A DNA stretch of 40,684 nt from Thermoleophilia bacterium (GCA_038321515.1 JBBQFA010000001.1:1-40684), one strand, 5' to 3'. Counted from the first letter of the stretch, positions 24,122 through 32,383 are shown. Notes: generated from the sequence alone by a model not told the origin. Made by a program: numbers and translations.

Positions 24122-24490
24122 TTAGGTCCCCTGCGCCCGCTGCCTCCGTTCGCTCTGTGTGTTCCCGGTCGTCCGGTCTTTGCATCCTCGCGCGACCGTG
24201 AACGCCGCGTTGCGGCAGCGGTCGCTGCAGTAGCGGCGCTGCGGGCTCCTCGTCTCGAAGCGCACCGTGCAGCCCGGGTTGGCACAGATGCGTTCCTGCG
24301 GCTTCCGTGCCGGGCGCGAGCGCGGCTCTCTCCTCGCCAGGTGCTCGTGCACGCTGCAGTAGGCGCAGGGGTTGTAGCGGGACAGAAGAGTCTGGCAGCC
24401 CGCGGCGGCGCAGGTGCGACCGCAGCCGTAGGTGGACGTCTTGTGGGCGCCGGAATATACCGTGCTGAGGAAGGGACGGTGCCAGCTCAT
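24122..24490 (-). CDS. small Cys-rich zinc-finger protein, CGNR-like C-terminal finger (second gene of the operon)
   Basis: CANPGCTVRFETRSPQRRYCSDRCRNAAF resembles the zf-CGNR pattern C..C...F.D.S....RRWC...CGNR. An upstream second finger-like motif reads CAAAGCQTLLSRYNPCAYCSVHEH. The start ATG overlaps the upstream stop (ATGA, 24487-24490). Confidence 0.55.
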   Translation of the reverse strand: MSWHRPFLSTVYSGAHKTSTYGCGRTCAAAGCQTLLSRYNPCAYCSVHEHLARREPRSRPARKPQERICANPGCTVRFETRSPQRRYCSDRCRNAAFTVARGCKDRTTGNTQSERRQRAQGT

Positions 24491-24909
24491 CGGCAGCGGC
24501 TCACGGCGCGCACGTAGCGCGCCACGTCGTCGAATAGGGCAGCGCCGAGGGCGCGCACCAGGCGCTTCTCCTCGGCTTCGCGCTCCTGCGGCGACTGCTC
24601 GCGGTTGGGCACCCAGCCGATCAGCTGGGTCGGGGCGTAGTCGCGGATGTCCCTCTCCGTGAGGAAGGTGCAGCTGCCGTCGCGGCAGAGCGGGTCGGGC
24701 GTGAGGCCAAGCAGCAGATCGCCGGCGGCGGTGCGCGTCCCCGTGAAGCTGTAGAGGTAGGGACCGCAGGTCAGCTCGGCCCGCCCGCAGGCGCGCGCCT
24801 CGGCGACCGCGTCGCCGCCGCGCGAGGGGGGTCCGTGATCGCCCAGGTGAAGGTGTTTGTCGCCGCCATGATCCCGTCCTTCCACCGACGCCCGCACGAG
24901 CTGCGTCAT
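24487..24909 (-). CDS. hypothetical protein, 140 aa (first gene of the operon)
   Basis: Third-position GC is very high throughout. Four Cys are arranged CGRAELTC...CRDGSC. The protein has no recognisable family and no SD upstream of the ATG. Confidence 0.5.
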   Translation of the reverse strand: MTQLVRASVEGRDHGGDKHLHLGDHGPPSRGGDAVAEARACGRAELTCGPYLYSFTGTRTAAGDLLLGLTPDPLCRDGSCTFLTERDIRDYAPTQLIGWVPNREQSPQEREAEEKRLVRALGAALFDDVARYVRAVSRCR

Positions 24910-25006
24910 GGTAGCGAAACCTGCAACGAAATCGTGAACGGCTGCCGTTCTGTACGCCTACTCTGCCCGAAGCTTGCGCTGGCGAACCGGCTCAGTCTGA
25001 TTAATC

Positions 25007-25649
25007 TTAGCCTCGATGCCCTGGTCGGCGAAAAAGGTCAGGGCCCGCTCGAGGAAGCCGGCCGCCGTCGCCCCGCGCTCGTCGGGCAGCTCCTCGGCGT
25101 AGGCGAGGCGTGTGGCCCTCGTCAACGGCCACGTGGGCGAAGTCCCAGCCGATGTCACGGTGGCGGTCCTTGACGCCGCGACCCAAGAAGCGCCAGCCGC
25201 CGCCCTCGCCGATGCGCCCCAGCCGCTTCGTGTCGAGGTGGACGAGGTCGCCGGCATGCGGCCTGCAGTAGCACCGCATCGGCTCACGCCCATCGAGGCT
25301 GCGCAGACGCTGCATGCCGAAGCGCCGAAGTGTGCGGCAGACGGTTGCCGGCGCGAGCTGCGTGCACCAGGCGATCCAGGCTGGACCCACGCGCTTGGTG
25401 ACGCGCAGGCGCAGGACGCGGCGCAGCTCGGCGCCGACCACCCGCCACGCGACCAGATGCGAGCGCGAGGAGCGATCGTGAAGGCCCTACCGGCCCTCAC
25501 GACGCCAGCGACGCAGCCACTTGCTCGCCGTCTGGCGACTGATGCCGGCTGTTTCGGCGGCTTCACACGCGCGCCCCCCCGCTCTCTTCGATGCGTCGAC
25601 AGAGCAGCAGCCGACCGTGCGCGGTCAGTCTCGCGTTAGGATGTGATAT
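25007..25649 (-). pseudogene. degraded, 3'-truncated IS481-family transposase
   Basis: - Recognisable blocks read across frames: SHPNARLTAHGRLLLCRRIEE, AAETAGISRQTASKWLRRW, HLDTKRLGRIGEGGGWRF, GWDFAHVAVDEGHTRLAYAEELPDERGATAAGFLERALTFFADQGIEA.
- At least three frameshifts, one in-frame TAG and ATA in place of the expected ATG are present.
- Homology stops after the D-(x)-D part of the DDE domain. Confidence 0.75.
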
Positions 25650-25714
25650 GAGGGCCTTCCCTTAGGTATTGGCTTGCACACCAACAACCGAAATGGACCG
25701 GCCCTCACCTGTCA

Positions 25715-25724
25715 ACAACGTTGT
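25715..25724. promoter_or_regulatory. perfect 10-bp palindrome ACAACGTTGT in the AT-richer leader of the sugar ABC operon (possible operator)
   Basis: The palindrome lies ~165 nt upstream of the ATPase ATG, within the lowest-GC stretch of the intergenic region and next to -35/-10-like hexamers (TGTCAA...TACATC). The central CG and dyad symmetry resemble LacI/GalR-type operators. No regulator gene is adjacent. Confidence 0.25.
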
Positions 25725-25886
25725 GAATCAGTACATCTAGCCATCATCCCCGCGCCCGGCGTCTCACCGCGCCACGGTGCCGGCAACGATGCCTCCGTTT
25801 GTCCCCGATTGGGGTTGGGAACACGACGGTCAGGGACCGAGGACGTCGACCCACGACGCTCCTGTCTCTCTCAGTCGGGGGTGTGC

Positions 25887-27182
25887 ATGGCTGATGTGAC
25901 TTTCAAGGGGGTCACCAAAGTCTATGCCGGCGGTACGCAGGCCGTCTCGGACATGGATCTGGTGATCGCCGACGGGGAGTTCGTGGTCCTCGTCGGGCCT
26001 TCCGGATGCGGCAAGACCACGGCGCTGCGGATGCTGGCCGGGCTGGAGACCATCACCGCCGGCACCATCTCCATCGGCGACAAGGTGGTCAACCACATGG
26101 CGCCGCGGGACCGTGACATCGCCATGGTCTTTCAGAATTACGCGCTGTACCCGCATCTCAAGGTGTACGACAACATCGCTTTTGGGCTGCGCCTGCGCAA
26201 GGTCTCCAAGGACGAGATAGACAAGCGGGTGCGCCATGCGGCCGAGGTGCTCGGCCTGGAGGACTTCCTCGACCGCAAGCCGCGCGCGCTCTCCGGCGGC
26301 CAGCGGCAGCGGGTCGCCATGGGGCGCGCGATCGTGCGCGAGCCGCAGGCCTTCCTCATGGACGAGCCGCTCTCCAACCTGGACGCCAAGCTGCGCGTGC
26401 AGATGCGCACCGAGATCAGCCGTCTGCAGGACGAGCTCGGCGTCACCACGGTGTACGTGACTCACGATCAGATAGAGGCGATGACCATGGGTGACCGGGT
26501 CGCCGTGATGCGCAAGGGCGCCCTGCAGCAGGTGGCGCCGCCGCAGGACCTGTACGACCGCCCGGTCAACCTCTTCGTCGCCGGCTTCATCGGCAGCCCC
26601 ACGATGAACATGGTGGAGGCAGAGGTCGCCGAGGACGGCGACCATCTCACGGTGACCCTCGGGAAGCAGCTGCTCCGGCTCGGTGATGAGACGCTCAGGC
26701 TGCACCCCGCGCTGAAGACCTACGTCGGCCGCTCCGTGGTCGTGGGCGTGCGGCCCGAGGACCTGGAGGACGTCGCCATGCTCGGCGACGTCCCGGAGGG
26801 CGAGCGCATCCGTGGCAAGCTCGTGCTGCGCGAGGCACTCGGCTCGGAGATCATCGCGCATTTCGAGGTCGAGGCACCGCCGGTGCTCACGGCCGACACC
26901 AGGGAGTTGGCCGAGGACGTCGGCACGACGCATCAGTACGAGGCCCGCGAGAGGCAGAAGCAGCAGACGTCCAAGCTCGTGGGCCGCTTCAACGCGCGCA
27001 CGGACGTGAAAGAAGGGCAGCCGATCGACGTGGCCGTCGACACGCGCGCCCTGCACTTCTTCGATATGGAAACGGGGCTGGGGATCTACGACGGCTCCAG
27101 CCCTGAGAGCCCACGGCGTGACGAGCCCGCTACCGCGGTCGCCCCGCCTCCCAAGGAGGATGAGAAGCATGAAACGGCCTAG
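25887..27182 (+). CDS. sugar ABC transporter ATP-binding protein (MalK/MsiK/UgpC type)
   Basis: - Start MADVTFKGVTKVY.
- Motifs: Walker A GPSGCGKT, Q-loop, signature LSGGQRQRVAMGRA, Walker B FLMDEPLSNLD, H-loop YVTHDQ.
- A C-terminal TOBE-like regulatory domain is present. Confidence 0.92.
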   Translation: MADVTFKGVTKVYAGGTQAVSDMDLVIADGEFVVLVGPSGCGKTTALRMLAGLETITAGTISIGDKVVNHMAPRDRDIAMVFQNYALYPHLKVYDNIAFGLRLRKVSKDEIDKRVRHAAEVLGLEDFLDRKPRALSGGQRQRVAMGRAIVREPQAFLMDEPLSNLDAKLRVQMRTEISRLQDELGVTTVYVTHDQIEAMTMGDRVAVMRKGALQQVAPPQDLYDRPVNLFVAGFIGSPTMNMVEAEVAEDGDHLTVTLGKQLLRLGDETLRLHPALKTYVGRSVVVGVRPEDLEDVAMLGDVPEGERIRGKLVLREALGSEIIAHFEVEAPPVLTADTRELAEDVGTTHQYEARERQKQQTSKLVGRFNARTDVKEGQPIDVAVDTRALHFFDMETGLGIYDGSSPESPRRDEPATAVAPPPKEDEKHETA

Positions 27183-28500
27183 GTATCTTCTACTGAGTCT
27201 CATCGGCATCGTCGCGCTCGCTGGGGCGCTCCTGCTGGTCGCCGGGTGTGGCAGCAACTCGACCTCGTCGAGCGCCGGCCCCACAGCCGGCGGCAGCGAC
27301 GTCTCCGGCAATGTCTCCGTGATGGCGGTATGGAGCGGTGACGAGCAGAAGAGCTTCCAGCAGGTGATCGACGGCTTCACTGCGATGTATCCGAACATCA
27401 CCGTCAACTACAACTCGGCCGGCGATCAGCTGCCGACGGTGCTCTCCACGGCCGTCCAGGGCGGCAATCCGCCGAGTGTGGCCGTGCTGCCGCAGCCAGG
27501 CCTGATGCAGGCCTTTGTGAAGAAGGGTGCGCTCGTGCCCATCGACTACGCCAAGGACACGATCACTCAGAACTACGCTCCCGACTGGATGGATCTGGGC
27601 AGCGTCGACGGCACGCTGTACGGCCTCTTCTTCAAGGGGGCCAACAAGTCCACCGTCTGGTACAACGTCAAGGCGTTCGCCGACGCCGGCGTGAACGCTC
27701 CGCCGACGTGGCCCGACCTGATGACCGGCGCCGAGACGCTCAAAGCATCCGGCGTGAAGGCCTTCTCCATCGCCGGGGCGGACGGCTGGACGCTCACCGA
27801 CCTCTTCGAGAATATCTACCTGCGCTCGGCCGGGCCGGACATGTACGACAAACTCACCAACCACGAGATCCCGTGGACAGACGCCTCGGTGACCAGCGCC
27901 CTGCAGTTCATGGCGCAGGTGTTCAGTGACACCGGCAACATCGCCGGCGGTACTTCCGGAGCGCTCCAGACCGACTTCCCGACCTCCGTCACGCAGGTGT
28001 TCACCGACCCGCCCAAGGCGGCGATGGTCTTTGAAGGCGACTTCGTGCAGGGTGTCATCACGAGTTCGACCAGCGCTCAGCCCACGACCGGCTTCAATCA
28101 GTTCGCCTTCCCCTCCGTCGGCGCTTCGCAGCCGAGCGTGGTGGGCGGCGGCGACATGGTAGTCACGTTCAACAACGACGCCGCCACCAAGGCGTTCGTC
28201 GAGTATCTGGCGACGCCGCAGGCGGCCGAGATCTGGGCCAAGCTGGGCGGCTTCGCGTCACCCAACAAGAACGTCAACCCGGACGTGTACCCGGACGACA
28301 TCTCCAAGGCGACTGCGTCGGCGCTCGCCGAGGCGACCACCTTCCGCTTTGACATGTCCGACCTGGCTCCGCCCGCCTTTGGTGGCACGGTCGGCCAGGG
28401 CGAGTGGAAGATCCTGCAGGACTTCCTCAAGAACCCGAAGGATATCCAGAGCGTGCAGAAGGCGCTCGAGAAGGCAGCCGCCAAGGCCTACGGGAACTGA
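27169..28500 (+). CDS. sugar ABC transporter substrate-binding lipoprotein
   Basis: AAGGAGGA lies 8 nt upstream of the ATG. The lipobox is ALLLVAGCGS. The product has typical family-1 SBP composition. The gene overlaps the ATPase gene by 14 nt. Confidence 0.9.
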   Translation: MKRPRYLLLSLIGIVALAGALLLVAGCGSNSTSSSAGPTAGGSDVSGNVSVMAVWSGDEQKSFQQVIDGFTAMYPNITVNYNSAGDQLPTVLSTAVQGGNPPSVAVLPQPGLMQAFVKKGALVPIDYAKDTITQNYAPDWMDLGSVDGTLYGLFFKGANKSTVWYNVKAFADAGVNAPPTWPDLMTGAETLKASGVKAFSIAGADGWTLTDLFENIYLRSAGPDMYDKLTNHEIPWTDASVTSALQFMAQVFSDTGNIAGGTSGALQTDFPTSVTQVFTDPPKAAMVFEGDFVQGVITSSTSAQPTTGFNQFAFPSVGASQPSVVGGGDMVVTFNNDAATKAFVEYLATPQAAEIWAKLGGFASPNKNVNPDVYPDDISKATASALAEATTFRFDMSDLAPPAFGGTVGQGEWKILQDFLKNPKDIQSVQKALEKAAAKAYGN

Positions 28501-28504
28501 CGTC

Positions 28505-29866
28505 ATGACGGCGGGAAACACCACGGCGGAGCCCCCGGTGACGGGGGCTCCGGATGCTCCGGTCGTCGCGGCGGGGGCGGGCAAGGACCCAGGGCGCTGG
28601 CGGCGCTACGCCGTCGCCCTCGGGTTCCTCGTGCCCGCGCTCGTGTTCCTCGGCGTCTGGGTGGTGTACCCGACCGTCTACACGGTGATCCGCAGTCTGT
28701 ACGACTCCACCGGCACATCGTTCATCGGCATCGACAACTACAAGACCATCTTCACGACCAGCGTGTTGCTGACGGCGCTCAAGAACAACGCCATCTGGGT
28801 GCTCGTGGTGCCGGCGCTCGTCACGGCCATCGGCCTCGTGTTCGCCGTACTCACCGAGCGCGTGCGCTGGTCCGTGGCCTTCAAGACGGCGGTGTTCATG
28901 CCCATGGCGATCTCCCTCTTCGCCGCCGGCGTGATCTGGCACGTCATGTATCAGCAGGATCCGAGCCAGGGCACGATCAATGCGGCGATCCGGGTGGTCA
29001 AAGACGCCGTAAGCCCACCCGGAGTGCTGTCTGGGGCGACCCCGTCCACGAACGTACTTGAGGGGTCGCCCTCCAAGGGCTTCACCCTGAGCAAGGGCGT
29101 GCAGCCCGGTCAGACTGCCCTGCTCGGGCTCACCGGCATCCCGCCCTCGGACGTCAAGAACGGGCAGCAGGCGGTTGATCCCACGCCGCGGAACGGAGCC
29201 GTCGGCGGCGTCGTCTGGCGCGACTTCAAGCCGGGCGGCGGCACGCCGGGCAACATCGAGCAGGGCGAGGTGGGCGTCCCCGGCGTCACCCTGCAGTTGC
29301 TCGATGCGGGCGGCAAACAGGTCGCCACCGCGACGACCAACGACACCGGTGCTTTCACGTTCCCCGGTCTCAGCCCGGGCACCTACAAGGTGGCGATCTC
29401 CAGTCAGACCTTCCGCCAGCCCTACGCGGGCGTGGGCTGGCTCGGCTCGAGCCTCATCACGCCCTCGATCATCATCGCCTACACCTGGGTCTGGGCCGGC
29501 TTCGCCATGGTCGTCATCGCCGCCGGCCTGGCCTCGATCCCCCGCGACGTGCTTGAGGCGGCACGCACCGACGGCGCCACCGAGTGGCAGGTGTTCCGCC
29601 GCGTCACCGTGCCGCTGCTCATGCCGGTGCTGAGCGTGGTGTTCATCACCATGGTCATCAATGTGCTCAAGGTGTTCGACATCGTGCTGTCCGTGGCGCC
29701 TGCCTCGGTGCAGGACGACGCCAACGTCATCGCCCTGGCGATGTGGCGCACCTCGTTCGGCGGTGTCAACGACTTCGGCCTGGGCTCGGCGATCGCCGTC
29801 TTCCTGTTCCTGCTCGTCGTCCCGGTGCTGCTGATCAACGTGCGCCGGTTCAAAAGGGGTGAGTGA
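28505..29866 (+). CDS. sugar ABC transporter permease (MalF/UgpA type) with ~160-aa extracytoplasmic insertion
   Basis: The EAA-type loop is LEAARTDGATEWQVFRRVTVPLL. The insertion between TM helices (about 28955-29440) contains a CarboxypepD_reg/SdrD-B-like beta-sandwich signature, GVPGVTLQLLDAGGKQVATATTNDTGAFTFPGLSPGTYKV. Confidence 0.9.
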   Translation: MTAGNTTAEPPVTGAPDAPVVAAGAGKDPGRWRRYAVALGFLVPALVFLGVWVVYPTVYTVIRSLYDSTGTSFIGIDNYKTIFTTSVLLTALKNNAIWVLVVPALVTAIGLVFAVLTERVRWSVAFKTAVFMPMAISLFAAGVIWHVMYQQDPSQGTINAAIRVVKDAVSPPGVLSGATPSTNVLEGSPSKGFTLSKGVQPGQTALLGLTGIPPSDVKNGQQAVDPTPRNGAVGGVVWRDFKPGGGTPGNIEQGEVGVPGVTLQLLDAGGKQVATATTNDTGAFTFPGLSPGTYKVAISSQTFRQPYAGVGWLGSSLITPSIIIAYTWVWAGFAMVVIAAGLASIPRDVLEAARTDGATEWQVFRRVTVPLLMPVLSVVFITMVINVLKVFDIVLSVAPASVQDDANVIALAMWRTSFGGVNDFGLGSAIAVFLFLLVVPVLLINVRRFKRGE

Positions 29867-30773
29867 GATGGTGACCCGCGCGACACACTCAGAGGCACCG
29901 TTGGTGGCGCCGGTCGAGGAGCCGGGTAAGGGCGCCGGCGGCGCCGTCCTGCGCTTTCTCAGTCACGCCCCGGTGAACATCGTGCTCGTCGTCGTGGGCG
30001 TGCTCTGGCTCGTGCCGACACTGGGCCTGCTGATCACCTCGCTGCTGCCGGCGCAGCTGATATCGTCGGAGGGGTGGTGGAACCTGTTCTCCCAGCCAAG
30101 CCTCGCGACGCTCGAGAACTACCGCAACATCTTCGCCGACCAGGCGATCACCAGCTCGCTGCTGACCACGGTCTGGATCGCCCTCGGCGGCACGATCCTG
30201 CCGATCATCGTGGCGGCGCTCGCGGCGTACGCTTTCGCCTGGATGGAGTTTCCCGGGCGCGACTGGCTGTTCGTGGGGGTGATCGCGATGATCGTGGTGC
30301 CGCTGCAGATGGCGCTGATCCCGATCTTCTCGCTCTACGACGCACTGCGCCTCTTCGACACGATCCCGGGGCTGATCCTGTTCCACACGGCCTTCGGCCT
30401 GCCGCTGGCGATCTTCCTGCTGCGCAACTTCTTCGTGGGGATACCCGCGGAACTGCTGGAGGCGGCGCGCATCGACGGCGCCTCGGAGTTCCTCATCTTC
30501 ACGCGCCTGATCCTGCCGCTGAGCTGGCCCGCCGTGGCGTCGCTGGCGATCTTCCAGTTCCTCTGGACGTGGAACGACCTGATCGTGGCGCTCTCGCTGG
30601 CGCGCCGGACGCAGCCGATCACGGTGGCGATCTTCACGCAGCTGCGGCAGTTCGGCGCCAACATCGACGTGATCGCGCCGGCGGCGTTCCTCTCGCTGGC
30701 GATACCGCTGGTCGTGTTCTTCGCCTTCCAGCGCTACTTCGTACAGGGACTGCTGGCCGGCTCAGTGAAGTAG
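29859..30773 (+). CDS. sugar ABC transporter permease (MalG/UgpE type)
   Basis: The product has six predicted TM segments and the EAA loop LLEAARIDGASEFLIFTRLILPL. Its start overlaps the upstream stop. Confidence 0.9.
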   Translation: MSEMVTRATHSEAPLVAPVEEPGKGAGGAVLRFLSHAPVNIVLVVVGVLWLVPTLGLLITSLLPAQLISSEGWWNLFSQPSLATLENYRNIFADQAITSSLLTTVWIALGGTILPIIVAALAAYAFAWMEFPGRDWLFVGVIAMIVVPLQMALIPIFSLYDALRLFDTIPGLILFHTAFGLPLAIFLLRNFFVGIPAELLEAARIDGASEFLIFTRLILPLSWPAVASLAIFQFLWTWNDLIVALSLARRTQPITVAIFTQLRQFGANIDVIAPAAFLSLAIPLVVFFAFQRYFVQGLLAGSVK

Positions 30774-31174
30774 GTCGCCGGGGTTCCGCCGTGTGGCCCC
30801 GATGAGACGGTTCGGCGCTGCTTCACGAAGCCTGTTTGCTGCTCCGTCCTTTGGTCGATAGAAACAGCCATGGACTTGTCGGCGTGCAGGCAGCCCTGCC
30901 CGAGCAGTTGCTCGCTGCAGAGCGGGCAGGCGAGCAGCAGCTCGTCGTCGTGCTGGAGGAACTGCGCCGCCTCGCCGGGCAGGAGCTCGCGGCCGCAGCC
31001 GTCGCAGGTCTCGGGGTCCTCGCTCCAGCGCGGCAGGCCGACGCGGAGCAGGCGCTGCAAGTGGTGCTGACGGGCCTCCGGGTCGGCCGGCGTTTCGGTC
31101 GCTGCCGGCACGGCCGTAGGCCGCCGGCTCGGCCACCAGGCGAACAGCTTCTCCCAGCTTGCCCGGGCGCCCAC
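30734..31174 (-). CDS. small zinc-ribbon protein (copy 2, paralogue of 22656-23006)
   Basis: - GGAAGGGGGAG lies 4 nt upstream of the GTG at 31174.
- The product is VGARASWEKLFAWW...DPEARQHHLQRLLRVGLPRWSEDPETCDGCGRELLPGEAAQFLQHDDELLLACPLCSEQLL, with a divergent C-terminal tail.
- The 3' end overlaps the convergent permease gene by 40 nt. Confidence 0.55.
   Translation of the reverse strand: MGARASWEKLFAWWPSRRPTAVPAATETPADPEARQHHLQRLLRVGLPRWSEDPETCDGCGRELLPGEAAQFLQHDDELLLACPLCSEQLLGQGCLHADKSMAVSIDQRTEQQTGFVKQRRTVSSGPHGGTPATYFTEPASSPCTK
30891..31090 (-). repeat. direct repeat copy B (paralogous zinc-ribbon CDS core)
   Basis: See 22711-22910. Confidence 0.85.
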
Positions 31175-31214
31175 GTGACTCCCCCTTCCGTCTGCCGTCT
31201 GCCGTCTTCTCTTG

Positions 31215-31493
31215 TCAGGTTCCGCAGGCGGCGGCACGGCAAACGTCGGACACGGCGAGGTGCGGCTCCTCTGGCGCACCCGCCCACCGGGCACGCGCCG
31301 CTCGCGCCAGCCGGCCTTGCGCAGTCGCTCGGCCAGTCTGGTCGTAACCGACGCTCTCGACCCGTTGAGCGCCGACGACCTTGCCGACCTCGCCGATCTC
31401 GACGCTCTCGCCCTCGCGCCGCAGCTGCGGGCAGTCGACCCTGACCCGGTCTCTCGTGGTGACGGTGATGACCGCGGCGCTGAAGCCAGCCAA
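31215..31493 (-). CDS. hypothetical small protein upstream of zinc-ribbon copy 2; frame and extent uncertain
   Basis: The N-terminal half (VITVTTRDRVRVDCPQLRREGESVEIGEVGKVVGAQRVESVGYDQ) has very high third-position GC and a natural composition. The C-terminal half is ambiguous between two frames. Confidence 0.3.
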   Translation of the reverse strand: MAGFSAAVITVTTRDRVRVDCPQLRREGESVEIGEVGKVVGAQRVESVGYDQTGRATAQGRLARAARARWAGAPEEPHLAVSDVCRAAACGT

Positions 31494-31545
31494 GACCGGG
31501 TACTTTTCTCGGTATCAGCCAACGCGACAACGAAGGAACGAAGCC

Positions 31546-32226
31546 ATGAACATCGCCGTACTCGGAACCGGTCCCGTCGGCCAGGCGCAAGCTGCCGGCC
31601 TGGCGGACCTCGGTCATGAAGTGTTTGTCGGTACACGCGACCCGGAGGCGACGCTGGCTCGCACAGAGCCCGATACCTTCGGCAACCCACCGTTCAAGGT
31701 GTGGCGCGAAGCGCATCCGCAGATCGGCCTAGCCGCCCTGCCGGAGGCCGCTGCGCAGGGCGAACTCATCGTCAACGCCACCAACGGAGGCGGGACGATC
31801 GCGGCGCTGGAAGCGGCCGGTGAGGAGAACCGGGCCGGCAAGGTACTCATCGACATCGCCAACCCGCTCGACTTCTCCACCGGCATGCCCCCGGCGCTGC
31901 TGGTCTCGAACGACGACTCGCTGGGAGAGCAGGTGCAGCGTCGCTTCCCGGGCGCCAAGGTCGTGAAGGCCTTCAACACGATGAACGCCCTCTTGCAGGT
32001 CGCCCCCGGTCAGCTAGCCGACGGCGACCACACGGCGTTCGTCTCCGGCAACGACGCGGATGCCAAGAAGACCGCAACGGACCTGATGACGAGCCTCGGA
32101 TGGAAGGACGTCATCGACTTGGGAGACATCACGACCGCCCGCGGCACCGAGATGTACCTGGCGCTCTGGACGCGCCTGTTCATGGTGCTCCCCAGCCCGA
32201 TGTTCAGCATCAAAGTGGTGCGCTGA
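31546..32226 (+). CDS. NADP-binding F420-oxidoreductase-fold protein (NpdG / COG2085-like)
   Basis: AAGGAA lies upstream of the ATG at 31546. The product carries MNIAVLGTGPVGQAQAAGLADLGHEVFVGTRDP (Rossmann), plus LIDIANPL and KAFNT motifs typical of the family. Confidence 0.75.
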   Translation: MNIAVLGTGPVGQAQAAGLADLGHEVFVGTRDPEATLARTEPDTFGNPPFKVWREAHPQIGLAALPEAAAQGELIVNATNGGGTIAALEAAGEENRAGKVLIDIANPLDFSTGMPPALLVSNDDSLGEQVQRRFPGAKVVKAFNTMNALLQVAPGQLADGDHTAFVSGNDADAKKTATDLMTSLGWKDVIDLGDITTARGTEMYLALWTRLFMVLPSPMFSIKVVR

Positions 32227-32383
32227 CGAGGAGGTCAACTGCGGATGACAGGCGCCGGTCAGGGTGAGGGTCCTTCTCGTTGGTGTCCAGCCGGAGAGCG
32301 GGTGTGAGCGGCCACAGCCGCAGCGATCACCCGCCCAGTCGGGGCAGTGGGACATCACATGCTGTGGACGACCACCTACGTTG

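Noticed and set aside
25830-27407. A 525-aa minus-strand ORF, one of the longest in the window.
   Set aside because: It lies antisense to the unmistakable MalK/MsiK-type ATPase and the start of the binding-protein gene. Its product is Arg/Gly/His/Leu-rich with no motifs, so it is a typical shadow ORF of GC-rich DNA.
31175-31716. Long minus-strand ORFs (318 aa and 297 aa) extending the zinc-ribbon copy 2 upstream across the F420-reductase-like gene start.
   Set aside because: The upstream parts are Arg/Ser/Pro-rich and overlap the divergent gene and its SD. A GTG with a strong SD at 31174 matches the start position of copy 1.
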